In this document: positions 26,886 through 35,719 of the stretch, piece by piece
How positions within the stretch are numbered: the first letter of the stretch is position 1
Layout of the letters: each line of letters opens with the position of its first letter
Origin: Patescibacteria group bacterium
Lineage (GTDB): Bacteria > Patescibacteriota > Patescibacteriia > Patescibacteriales > UBA12465
DNA: 64,000 bases
Reading direction: 5' to 3'
Assembly (NCBI GenBank): GCA_049318005.1
Contig: JBMOHE010000002.1
Location: 13,824-77,823, forward strand
Made by a program: the position numbers and the translations under genes
The notes under the pieces: generated by a model
Seen by the model: the letters and a program-made list of their open reading frames with translations, nothing else
Database searches by the model: none
Told to the model about the DNA's origin: nothing

Positions 26886-28403
26886 ATGCAAGGTATAAAA
26901 AGAAAATTAATAACCTATATATCATATCTATCTTTAGTAAGTCTATTTTTTTATTTCATTTTGAGAGTCTATATTTATTATAGTCAGAGTTATGGATTTA
27001 TAAATTCTCTTTTTGGCGCGCTATTACTAGCCGCTGAAACGCATTCCGTTCTTCAGTCTTTAGGATTTATCTCAAATATAATTCGCTTAAGAAAAACTGG
27101 GGTTAACTATCAACGACACGTTAAACTTGATTTAAAAAATCTACCAGAAGTTACTATTCTTGTTCCAGCAAGAAATGAGCCACTAAAAATTCTCGAGGAA
27201 ACTTTTATTTGTTTGAGGTCTTTGAACTACGACGCTAAAAAAATTATGTTTCTAGACGGATCAGATAAGGAATACCTAAAAGAAAATAAAAAATTAGCTG
27301 ATAAATATGGATTGGAGCATTTTGTTCCACGCGTCCCTTCTAAAAATAAAGCAGAAATAGTGAATCTTGCTCTAAAAAATATAGATACTAAATATCTTTC
27401 AATTTTTGACGCCGACCAAAATCCGATGCCAAATTTTTTACTTGAAACGGTTGCTGTCGCGGAATATTCAGAAAATATATCATTTGTTCAAACACCACAA
27501 CTCTACACAAATATCAGCGTCGGTCCGATTGCCAAAGGAGCTGCTCTGCAGCAGTCGATCTTTTTTGAAAATATTTGCGAAGGTAAAGGCACTAGCAACG
27601 CCATGTTCTGCTGTGGCACAAATTTTCTTATGCGAACTAAAGCTCTTAAAGAAGTTGGTGGTTTTGATGAAAATTCAGTAACTGAAGATTTTGCAACCTC
27701 CGTTAAAATACATGCACTTGGCTATCGATCTGTTTACTATAATCATGTTCGCGTTTTTGGTATGGCGCCGGAGACTCTCTCAGCTTACTTTAAACAACAA
27801 TATCGATGGTCAGCGGGAACTGTCGGTGTTGTTAGAAAATTAAGCTCTGAAGTCTATCACGGTCGAATTAAACTAAATTTACGCCAAGTTTGGGAGTATT
27901 TTTTATCGGCGACTTACTATTTTACTGGCTGGTCTTTCTTTCTATTAATTATGTGTCCGGCCCTTTATTTACTATTTAATATTCCATCCTACTTCGCCAA
28001 CCCTATCTTTTATCTAATCACTTTCGTTCCCTACTATATTTTAACAGCCACGGTTTTTTATGCGACCATGAAAGGAAGAAATTATTCGATGAAAGATGTT
28101 TTTACAGGAAATATTATGAGCTCATTAAGCTTTCCGATTTTAATGCAATCAACCCTATCAGGCATATTAAATAAAAAAATTTCATTTCAAATAACTGATA
28201 AAGGTAAAAGTGATATTCTTCCTGTCTGGAAATTATGGCCCTGGATAATAGTTATCCTATTTAATCTGCTTGCTATCATAAAAGGTTTTTCCAGATTGCA
28301 AGAAAACTACTACGCGATTGGGATTAATATGTTTTGGTGCACTTATCACGTTCTTCTTCTGTCTAACATTTTTAAATTAAATAAAATTCCTAAATATAAA
28401 TAA
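26886..28403 (+). CDS. bcsA: Processive GT2 beta-glycan synthase, BcsA/cellulose-synthase-like, no PilZ domain (start moved to ATG 26886)
   Basis: ILVPARNE, DADQNP, QTPQ, TEDFATS (TED), QQYRWSAG (QxxRW), gating-loop-like FQITDK (FxVTxK); only two TM helices follow. Confidence 0.75.
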   Translation: MQGIKRKLITYISYLSLVSLFFYFILRVYIYYSQSYGFINSLFGALLLAAETHSVLQSLGFISNIIRLRKTGVNYQRHVKLDLKNLPEVTILVPARNEPLKILEETFICLRSLNYDAKKIMFLDGSDKEYLKENKKLADKYGLEHFVPRVPSKNKAEIVNLALKNIDTKYLSIFDADQNPMPNFLLETVAVAEYSENISFVQTPQLYTNISVGPIAKGAALQQSIFFENICEGKGTSNAMFCCGTNFLMRTKALKEVGGFDENSVTEDFATSVKIHALGYRSVYYNHVRVFGMAPETLSAYFKQQYRWSAGTVGVVRKLSSEVYHGRIKLNLRQVWEYFLSATYYFTGWSFFLLIMCPALYLLFNIPSYFANPIFYLITFVPYYILTATVFYATMKGRNYSMKDVFTGNIMSSLSFPILMQSTLSGILNKKISFQITDKGKSDILPVWKLWPWIIVILFNLLAIIKGFSRLQENYYAIGINMFWCTYHVLLLSNIFKLNKIPKYK

Positions 28404-28404
28404 T

Positions 28405-28635
28405 ATGACTAGTAAAAAGCAAGCCGTCATAGAAAAAATTAACGAAGCCATGATAAAAGAAGAGCTGGCCATTCCCTTATACGTTAGCCACATTCAGCAA
28501 AGTCTATTTTGGTCAGGTCTAAGCAAGAAAAAACAAGAAACTATTATTATAGGTTTAAAAACATTAGCGGCTGAATCTAAAATGCATGTTACATACTTAA
28601 ATAAAGTTTTGGATATTTATAAAAAATCAAAATAA
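28405..28635 (+). CDS. Small helical protein (76 aa), hypothetical
   Basis: Starts 2 nt after the synthase stop; all-helical, no TM. Confidence 0.5.
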   Translation: MTSKKQAVIEKINEAMIKEELAIPLYVSHIQQSLFWSGLSKKKQETIIIGLKTLAAESKMHVTYLNKVLDIYKKSK

Positions 28636-28639
28636 ATAT

Positions 28640-28828
28640 ATGTTTAATAAAAAAGATTACTTACAATACTTTAATGAACTATACGAGGTTGAGACAGTTA
28701 TGAAAGAAGAGATGAATGATTTACTTAAAATAATTGAACTCGAGGATGCCAGAAAGATTATCAAACAAATAAAAAAAGACGAAATCAGACATGCAAAAAT
28801 TGTCCAATCCCTAATTAAACTTATTTAA
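28640..28828 (+). CDS. Small helical protein (62 aa), hypothetical
   Basis: Tightly follows the previous ORF; DEIRHAKIV contains an ExxH-type motif; with its neighbour it could be a split four-helix bundle (speculative). Confidence 0.45.
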   Translation: MFNKKDYLQYFNELYEVETVMKEEMNDLLKIIELEDARKIIKQIKKDEIRHAKIVQSLIKLI

Positions 28829-28837
28829 TTTCAAAAG

Positions 28838-30409
28838 CTACTTAAAGAGATAACTAGAAGATTTAACCTGGAGAGAGTCACTGAGACGATCCCAGGTTTT
28901 ATTATTATTAAGCTTATAAAAAAGACCGCCGTTGTTTTGCAAGATTGTTCCTGTTTGGTTTTCGGAAACCAGGTCTGTTTTTGGAAGGTTATTTAATAAG
29001 CTTGCCTGATTTAAATTAGCCGAATCAAGAGGATTGATTAATAATAATCTTTTCAACAACTCAGACAAAGCTAAATAACTCACTCTTTCATTAATATAGC
29101 TAGTTTTGATCTCACTACTTTCATTAAAACCAGGTCCAAATATTTTAATTGCAACTGGAACTTGAGTAATTGAGGGTAGTGGAATTTCACGAACCGTAGC
29201 TGTTTGAACCGCTGAGCCGCGAAGAGCAGCGCCATGTTCGCCAATTACAATAACAATTGTCCGCCTATTACTCTTTTTTATGTCTGAAAAAAAACTATCC
29301 AGGTCACTAGTTAAATTATTCAAAGCTAGATTATATTGATCAACACTCGGCAAGTATTCTCCGTCAACATAATAACCGCCGGTATGAAGAGTGATACTAT
29401 TATAAAACAAGGCTGATTTTTTATTATTATCTTTTTCTCTAGTTACAGACCAGAGATTTAAAGCTTCTTTATCGCTATAAACCGGAGTATTATCAAAGCT
29501 ATTTTCCTTAGCCTTAAGTTGTGAATTATCTAAAGGCGTGTCAGCATGACCATACTTTAAAATTGCATCTCTAAAACCAGAGTAATAACCATCGTGATTA
29601 ATACTAGTATAAGTCGAATAGCCTATATTTCTAAGGCTATCAATTAAATAGCATTCTTTATTGGCCTCAGCAAATAAGTTTCCCTCGGAAACCTGACCAC
29701 AGGTAGAGCGCAAAAGGCGCAAGACGGCTGGATTACTATAGGTCGCCGCGGAATTAAAATTAGTAAATACAAAATCAAACTGTTTAAAGAAAGGCTTCAT
29801 GTCTAAGCTTGCATAATCAAAATCATCCCAAGAGAACGAGCATAACTGAAGAATAACTATATCATATTCACTTTCGGGATTATTTATTAAACTAATATTC
29901 TTTTTCGCCTCGTCAGAATAGAAATTACCTAATAAATTATCTTTAAGCGACTTTACTTCCGTAAAACCAACCACAAAGAAAAAAATTATAAAAAATATTG
30001 ATGAATATTTTCTTAACCTAGTAAATGAAATTAGATAAGAGAATAAAAGCAGGCTTAAAAAAAAGGCGATTAGCTTAAAATTAAAAATAGATAAAATAAA
30101 ATGCCAAACAAACGCCGAACTTGGCTGAAGAGAATTAACGGTTAAAAAATTCCAAAGAACACTAAAAGATGGCAAATATGACTCGTGCCATAACAGGACA
30201 ATCGCTAGAATAATTGCGACGCTATTTTTAATTAATTCCCAGAGTCTTATTTTCTTCAATCTTTCCGAAATTGGAAAAAATATAAAAATAATTAAAAAAA
30301 GATTAAAGAAAGCATGGGCGGCAATTATTCCTAAAAGATGCAAAGAGAAAACTAATAAAAAATATAAGCTCCAGAACATTAACTTAAAACCACTAACTTT
30401 ATAATTCAT
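28838..30409 (-). CDS. bcsG: BcsG-like membrane phosphoethanolamine transferase (alkaline-phosphatase superfamily)
   Basis: N-terminal polytopic TM region; blocks LQLCSFSWDD, FTNFNSAATYSNPAVLRLLRSTCGQ, FYNSITLHTGG, IVIGEHGAAL, REIPLPSITQVPVAIKIFGP match remembered enterobacterial BcsG blocks. Confidence 0.75.
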   Translation of the reverse strand: MNYKVSGFKLMFWSLYFLLVFSLHLLGIIAAHAFFNLFLIIFIFFPISERLKKIRLWELIKNSVAIILAIVLLWHESYLPSFSVLWNFLTVNSLQPSSAFVWHFILSIFNFKLIAFFLSLLLFSYLISFTRLRKYSSIFFIIFFFVVGFTEVKSLKDNLLGNFYSDEAKKNISLINNPESEYDIVILQLCSFSWDDFDYASLDMKPFFKQFDFVFTNFNSAATYSNPAVLRLLRSTCGQVSEGNLFAEANKECYLIDSLRNIGYSTYTSINHDGYYSGFRDAILKYGHADTPLDNSQLKAKENSFDNTPVYSDKEALNLWSVTREKDNNKKSALFYNSITLHTGGYYVDGEYLPSVDQYNLALNNLTSDLDSFFSDIKKSNRRTIVIVIGEHGAALRGSAVQTATVREIPLPSITQVPVAIKIFGPGFNESSEIKTSYINERVSYLALSELLKRLLLINPLDSANLNQASLLNNLPKTDLVSENQTGTILQNNGGLFYKLNNNKTWDRLSDSLQVKSSSYLFK

Positions 30410-30502
30410 AATGTAAATATTATAACAAAATAAATATAAAAAGTCCCTAACTCAAAAATATATATAAAAAAAGGAAACCAAAACTGATTCCCTTAATAAG
30501 CA

Positions 30503-30898
30503 CTAAGAATTGTCTAATAAAAGATTAACCGCTTGAAGTAAATGATCGCTTTCCCTATTCTTTAATAAAAAAAATATCTTTGGATCATTTTTATAAATTA
30601 CTTCTTCCCTGCCAAAACCTTCTTTTCTAAACCATAAAATTACCGGAAGGCTAAATTCCTTGAGCTTCTCTTCGTAAAGCATTAAACCAGTCTTCGTGTC
30701 GACTAATACCTCCTTGCTAGAAAAGTAAGAAGTGGGACCAATTTCAAGAACAACTAAATCATAGCAATTCTCCCTGTTCAAGCGAAGTAAGGCGCTGCTA
30801 GGATAGGTAAATTCGTCAACTAAGTACTTATCTTTTAATTTTTCAATATATGAAACATCTCCGATAAGCCTACTTGCAATCAATAAAATCCTTTTCAT
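30503..30898 (-). CDS. Stand-alone degenerate receiver-like (pseudo-receiver) protein
   Basis: 131 aa with CheY-like beta-alpha periodicity: RILLIAS (no DD), YDLVVLEI (E at the phospho-Asp position), PVILWF, FFLLKN. Confidence 0.35.
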   Translation of the reverse strand: MKRILLIASRLIGDVSYIEKLKDKYLVDEFTYPSSALLRLNRENCYDLVVLEIGPTSYFSSKEVLVDTKTGLMLYEEKLKEFSLPVILWFRKEGFGREEVIYKNDPKIFFLLKNRESDHLLQAVNLLLDNS

Positions 30899-31009
30899 GA
30901 TGCATGTTTTTTAAGGTTAATATATGTGTTTTTACAACTTTTCCTTTTTTTTGAATTGTTAAGGTAATTAGTCAATATAGACTATTTATCAAAATTGGTC
31001 AATAATCAT

Positions 31010-31459
31010 TTATTTATTTTTCTTTAACTGTTCTAGGTCTAAATTTATTTTCATTAGATTGTCCTGAATGTCTTTCATCAATCGTCTATCAGCCTCTTCC
31101 TCGTTTTCCTCCTCAGCATCTTCCTCCTGGAGTTCTTCGACATCTTCCGCAATTTCTTCGACGTCTTCAGCAATTTCATCAACATCTTTTTGAATCTCAT
31201 CAATATCTTTTTCGACCTCTTCTAAGCTCTCAGTATTTCGATTAATAGACATCTGAATAAAGATTGCCAAATATATAGCCTCCAAGGAAACAAGCGTCGT
31301 AAGCACAAGCAAAATTGTATCCCAATTCCCCCAAACTAATCCTGCCATAAGACAAGACAGGAACAATAAAGTATGTATAATTAAGGAAGTAAAAGAACCA
31401 ACCCATTTAATAAATGAGTTTACTTTTTCATCAATAGATTTAATTTTTTGTGGAGTCAT
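31010..31459 (-). CDS. DUF1003-family membrane protein with acidic coiled-coil tail
   Basis: Two TM helices ending SLEAIYLAIFIQMSINRN; then repeats of DIDEIQKDVDEIAEDVEEIAEDVEEL. Confidence 0.7.
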   Translation of the reverse strand: MTPQKIKSIDEKVNSFIKWVGSFTSLIIHTLLFLSCLMAGLVWGNWDTILLVLTTLVSLEAIYLAIFIQMSINRNTESLEEVEKDIDEIQKDVDEIAEDVEEIAEDVEELQEEDAEEENEEEADRRLMKDIQDNLMKINLDLEQLKKNK

Positions 31460-31535
31460 TTTTTTAAAAAATAGTTATTTTATTTGCAGAAAACATTGCT
31501 TATATAATTATAGCACAATATGCCAATACAAGCTC

Positions 31536-32432
31536 TTATAAACAGCATTTCTTAGATAAGGGGCATTCTTTTAATCTAATCAAATTGGCTAATGATTTTT
31601 TATATATATCAGACTTCGATTTTTTATTGTAAGCCGCCATAATTGAGGCTTCTAAGATAATCGAATTTAAATATACATTTTTAATATTTATTTTTCTTCT
31701 ACTCAATTTCTGATAATAATTAATTATTTCTATGCTCAAGCTTGGACTAGTTGAGAATAGATGAGAGAATTCCCTGTCTATATTTTCAACGGCCACGTCA
31801 CTAAAATCAAAAACTCCTACAATATTCTTGTTTTTCCTATCATAAGCGATATTATCGCCGTGCAAATCATTAAAAGCAATAATAAATTTCAACTCTTGTC
31901 GTCTTAAAATCTGATATTCCTTTAAGGCTAGTTTAATAAATGCTAAAAGTGAGCTATCTTTAATTGTATTTAATAAATATTTTCTTATAATTAATGGTCG
32001 CCAAGTTTCACCGTCTTTTTTTAAATTAAATTTTTTGATCAATCTTATCGGCAACGCCTCATGAAACTCATAAAAGAATACAGCAATACTTTTAGCCAAT
32101 GCTAAACTTTCTTTTTTGTTAAGAGAAAGTATAACTTCAGGAGTCAAAGAATCGCCAATTATTTTTTTATAGCCAACATATTTAATTTTTTTGCCAACAA
32201 ATTCATAGTTAGGAATTTCCAAAGTAATTTTATCTTTCAAATATTTAAGAACTTCGATTTCTTTATTCAAGTTAAATTCATCTTTTTTGGGAAAACGAAA
32301 AATATATCCTTTATTTATTTCAAAAACAAAATTATCCCAACCACCCTTTAGAGGCTTGATTGATTTAACTTTAAATTCCGAATAATCAGATTTCAAAACT
32401 TGCTTAACTTTTGTAACTGAAATTGTTTTCAT
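31536..32432 (-). CDS. Aminoglycoside-phosphotransferase-family (APH/ePK-like) kinase
   Basis: FNDLHGDNIAYD catalytic loop and VGVFDFSD (DFG-equivalent). Confidence 0.75.
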   Translation of the reverse strand: MKTISVTKVKQVLKSDYSEFKVKSIKPLKGGWDNFVFEINKGYIFRFPKKDEFNLNKEIEVLKYLKDKITLEIPNYEFVGKKIKYVGYKKIIGDSLTPEVILSLNKKESLALAKSIAVFFYEFHEALPIRLIKKFNLKKDGETWRPLIIRKYLLNTIKDSSLLAFIKLALKEYQILRRQELKFIIAFNDLHGDNIAYDRKNKNIVGVFDFSDVAVENIDREFSHLFSTSPSLSIEIINYYQKLSRRKINIKNVYLNSIILEASIMAAYNKKSKSDIYKKSLANLIRLKECPLSKKCCL

Positions 32433-32941
32433 TTTTTCAAAACTTTTTTATATATATCACTGCCACGAACATTTAAACCTTTAGTCTTAGCTTCATATTT
32501 AAGTTTCAAAATAAGATATTTATTATTTACAGTTATTCTCGACTTAACCAGGTTAATGAGTTTTTCGGTTGGTTTGAAAGCTTCATTAATTAGCCAAACA
32601 TCAATTTTCCATTTTCTCTTTTTAAACTCAGTCTTTAATCCAATATAATAACCCCTAGGAAAACCAACGTGATATTTTTTAGTCCAATCATAATATAAAT
32701 ATCCCTTGAAATCCTCCTCCATTATTAAATGTTTTAGAATATCGATGCTCTTCTTTTTATCTATATTTTTATTAACAATAAATAAATCTATGTCACCGTC
32801 CATCATTAAATCAAGGTAATAGCTACCACTAATAACCACCTTCCCAAATTTGGAAAGTTTTTCTATTAGTTTTGTCTTTCTCAATAAATTATCGGCGTCT
32901 CCATGAAGAGAGTTCGACAATTTTATTAAATCTAATCCCAT
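32429..32941 (-). CDS. Pol-beta-superfamily nucleotidyltransferase-like protein
   Basis: ISGSYYLDLMMDGDIDLFIV (GS...DxD NTase signature); 4-nt overlap with the kinase gene. Confidence 0.55.
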   Translation of the reverse strand: MGLDLIKLSNSLHGDADNLLRKTKLIEKLSKFGKVVISGSYYLDLMMDGDIDLFIVNKNIDKKKSIDILKHLIMEEDFKGYLYYDWTKKYHVGFPRGYYIGLKTEFKKRKWKIDVWLINEAFKPTEKLINLVKSRITVNNKYLILKLKYEAKTKGLNVRGSDIYKKVLKK

Positions 32942-32945
32942 ATAT

Positions 32946-33185
32946 TTAATATATTAACTCTAATTTTTCTTTTCTAGATAGTTTTTTTAATTTCATCTCA
33001 GCCGAAGTAGCCAAGGAACGACTCTGAAACTTTTTAAAATATACAAGCTTGACTGGTCTTCTTGACGAAGTATATTTAGCGCCTAATTTAGAAAAATTAT
33101 GCTCATGAACCCGCCGTTTTAAATCGAGCGTAATCCCGGTATAAAGAGTCTTATCAAAACATTCAAGAATATATAAAAAATACAT
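32946..33185 (-). CDS. GIY-YIG nuclease family protein (stand-alone, 79 aa)
   Basis: YFLYILECFDKTLYTGITLDLKRRVHEHN. Confidence 0.85.
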   Translation of the reverse strand: MYFLYILECFDKTLYTGITLDLKRRVHEHNFSKLGAKYTSSRRPVKLVYFKKFQSRSLATSAEMKLKKLSRKEKLELIY

Positions 33186-33194
33186 TTTAGGAAA

Positions 33195-33734
33195 TTAATT
33201 ATCCAGCTTTATGACGCCGTTATAATTTTCACTAATAATTATTCCTGAATATTTTGGCAAAGCTTGCGTCCCCTCTAAAGGATACCTTTTTGGCTGAGAA
33301 AAAAATATTCTAGAAACACAATTTTTCTCTAATAATTTATCAGCGAAAGAACATTTATCCAAATCACCGGAGAAAATAACTAATTTTAAATCTTTTACAG
33401 CTTCAAATATTTTTTCACTATAATTCTCCATATTTTTTATTAGAATAACCCGTCCATCTAAATTCTCAATCTTTTCAATAGTATCAAGAAAATCCTGCTC
33501 TTCGCCAGATTCAATAATTATGGCATTGTCCTCATTATTAATTATCTGCTCTCTAAAAGCTTCTTTAGCGGCAGGATAAGCCGAAAAAAATATCACCTTT
33601 TTTCCTGAATTTAATAAATTAGCTATAAGACAAATGCTAAAAAATGATGTTCCAGTTTTTTCGGCCCCAGAAATTAATATCGGAAAATCACCACTAGAAA
33701 AATTTGTCTCTTGGTTATTTACTAAAATATTCAT
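33195..33734 (-). CDS. Hypothetical protein with degenerate P-loop
   Basis: ILISGAEKTGTSFF resembles Walker A but has T in place of the conserved K; alpha/beta pattern. Confidence 0.5.
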   Translation of the reverse strand: MNILVNNQETNFSSGDFPILISGAEKTGTSFFSICLIANLLNSGKKVIFFSAYPAAKEAFREQIINNEDNAIIIESGEEQDFLDTIEKIENLDGRVILIKNMENYSEKIFEAVKDLKLVIFSGDLDKCSFADKLLEKNCVSRIFFSQPKRYPLEGTQALPKYSGIIISENYNGVIKLDN

Positions 33735-33741
33735 ATTTTTT

Positions 33742-34206
33742 CTATATTATTTTACTAAATATTTTCATATTATTTTCAGTCTTACCAATAGCCTCATAGC
33801 CCATATTTTTATAGAAGCCATAGGCAGTGTCCTTATAACGCTCCGCACTCCTAATAAATAATTCCGTATAGCCCTGATTCCTAGCCTCCTGCTCTAAAAA
33901 TTCTACCATCTGTCTTCCGGCGCCCTTGCTCTGATGAATACTATTAATATATAATATTTTAATTTCTCCTGGTTTTTTAGACTTCGATAATGATAATATT
34001 TTAGGCAATGGCTCAGCTAAGCCGCCAACTCCAATTACAAATTTTCCGTCTTTAACAACCCAGAAGTTCATAGAATATTCTGTATACCCATTAATTTCTG
34101 ATTCTATTCTGGATAAGTATTTTTCAACCTCTTCTTTTTCGGTCCACTGTTCTAGAATCTGAGCTATCGCTTTTAAATCTTCAATTTTTGGTTTTTCGAT
34201 TAACAT
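33742..34206 (-). CDS. GNAT family N-acetyltransferase
   Basis: Acetyl-CoA motif HQSKGAGRQMVEFLEQEA. Confidence 0.85.
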   Translation of the reverse strand: MLIEKPKIEDLKAIAQILEQWTEKEEVEKYLSRIESEINGYTEYSMNFWVVKDGKFVIGVGGLAEPLPKILSLSKSKKPGEIKILYINSIHQSKGAGRQMVEFLEQEARNQGYTELFIRSAERYKDTAYGFYKNMGYEAIGKTENNMKIFSKII

Positions 34207-34231
34207 ATTTTAATTATATAACTGCAAAAAG

Positions 34232-34573
34232 TTATTTAAAAAAATCATCATTAACATCTATCAACTCTATTAAATTTCCATCAGTATCTCTTAAAAAATT
34301 CTGCAAGTTATCATCTGAAAAATCAAAAATATTTATACCTTTATTCTTTAAATTAATTTTATAATCAGTTAAATTATCAATTTCAATTGCAAAATGATAA
34401 AAAGTATTAGGAACGGGAACGCCAGAATTCTCCGTAATATGAAGATATTGCTCACCGATTTTTATCCAGAGCCTCCCTCCGATTTCTTTTGACTCAAAGC
34501 CCAATATCTCAGTATAAAATTTCCTTGATACATTTTTATCTTTGACGAGTATTGTAACGTGATTAATTCTCAT
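34232..34573 (-). CDS. VOC/glyoxalase-family protein
   Basis: MRINHVTILVKDKNVSRKFYTEILGF and HFAIEI, typical VOC half-sites. Confidence 0.8.
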   Translation of the reverse strand: MRINHVTILVKDKNVSRKFYTEILGFESKEIGGRLWIKIGEQYLHITENSGVPVPNTFYHFAIEIDNLTDYKINLKNKGINIFDFSDDNLQNFLRDTDGNLIELIDVNDDFFK

Positions 34574-34627
34574 ATTTTTAGATTTGTTCTTAGTCTAATC
34601 ATATTATATCCCAAAAACTACTAATTT

Positions 34628-34667
34628 AAAAACAAACTACCGTCAGCAAAGTAGCCGACGGTAGTTT
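34628..34667 (-). terminator. Intrinsic terminator after the YtxH-like gene
   Basis: Minus strand AAACTACCGTC-loop-GACGGTAGTTT then GTTTTT. Confidence 0.65.
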
Positions 34668-34688
34668 AGTATTTTTATATTTTTGAGT

Positions 34689-35087
34689 TTATTTTTTACC
34701 AACTACTTTTTTACCAACCACCTTTTTTGCAACTTTTTTATTTACTTTTTTATTTTTTACGGCTCCATTAAGTGTTTTCCAATGTTTCTTTAATTCTTGA
34801 GCTAGTTCATTTACTTCTTTAGAGTTTAACTTCATTATTTTTTCATGTTTGGCGGCTACCGAATCAATAATTTCATGGTATATTGGCTCCGTAACATCGC
34901 GAGCGGCCTCAAGTTTCTCAACTACATCACCCTTCATTTTAATCGCCCAAGCTTTAGCATATTTCTGGTTTTCTTTTCCTTTGGCGCTAAGAAAAAAATA
35001 GGCACTTGCAGCTAGTCCAGCTAAACCCGCTCCTAAAGTCAGTAATGTAGCCGCTCCCGAACCATTCTTCTTAATCATTTTTTTCAT
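34689..35087 (-). CDS. YtxH-like membrane-anchored protein with Lys-rich tail
   Basis: Gly/Ala-rich TM helix GAATLLTLGAGLAGLAASAYFF, helical body, C-terminal KKVAKKVVGKKVVGKK. Confidence 0.55.
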   Translation of the reverse strand: MKKMIKKNGSGAATLLTLGAGLAGLAASAYFFLSAKGKENQKYAKAWAIKMKGDVVEKLEAARDVTEPIYHEIIDSVAAKHEKIMKLNSKEVNELAQELKKHWKTLNGAVKNKKVNKKVAKKVVGKKVVGKK

Positions 35088-35128
35088 ACGTTTGAAAATT
35101 ATTTAATTTAATTAAATATAACTATTAT

Positions 35129-35515
35129 TTAAGTGATAGTAACTATTAAATTCTTTCTAATTTTGTCATCGAGCGTAAAATCTTTAAGTTTACCAGGTTT
35201 ACTAGCCAAATTTTCAATGCCCATCTTATTGTAACGTGGAACTAAATGCCAGTGAACGTGATTAATTTCGTCCATATAGAGTAAGTATACTTTTTTGACT
35301 TTCAGGGTTTTCATCATGGCCCGTCTAAGCTCGCTAACTCTATCCATTAAATATTCATAGTCTTTACGGCTCAACATCTGTAAATCTTTTATTTCCTTAT
35401 TCCAAACAACAACTACGTGACCACGAACAATAGGACTGTTAGCCAAACAAGCGTATAATTTATCATCTTTATAAATTATTGCATTCTTAAAAGGTTTTGG
35501 AAATATATTTTTCAT
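35129..35515 (-). CDS. HIT family hydrolase
   Basis: Histidine triad HVHWHLVPR. Confidence 0.85.
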   Translation of the reverse strand: MKNIFPKPFKNAIIYKDDKLYACLANSPIVRGHVVVVWNKEIKDLQMLSRKDYEYLMDRVSELRRAMMKTLKVKKVYLLYMDEINHVHWHLVPRYNKMGIENLASKPGKLKDFTLDDKIRKNLIVTIT

Positions 35516-35547
35516 AACTAAATAATACCATTTATAGAATATATTAA

Positions 35548-35575
35548 CAAAAAAACAGACTTTTTTAAGGTCTGT
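35548..35575 (-). terminator. Intrinsic terminator after dinB
   Basis: Minus strand ACAGAC-CTTAAAAAA-GTCTGT then TTTTTTT. Confidence 0.6.
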
Positions 35576-35719
35576 TGATTAGAACGCAGTTTGCATATTT
35601 AAATAGCTGGAAAGCCGTATTCGTGGTTGAATACTTTTATATTTTTTATGCCGGTTGCATTTAAAAGCAAAACAATATTATTTAAAATACTTTAAAAAAT
35701 TAATCACTCCGGTCATTCA

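Noticed and set aside
35586-35719. Non-coding stretch after dinB with two similar TTGCAT(A)TTTAAA motifs, considered as a small RNA or tRNA
   Set aside because: No cloverleaf, no convincing stem set and no promoter-terminator pair could be found, so evidence is too weak to report as a feature.
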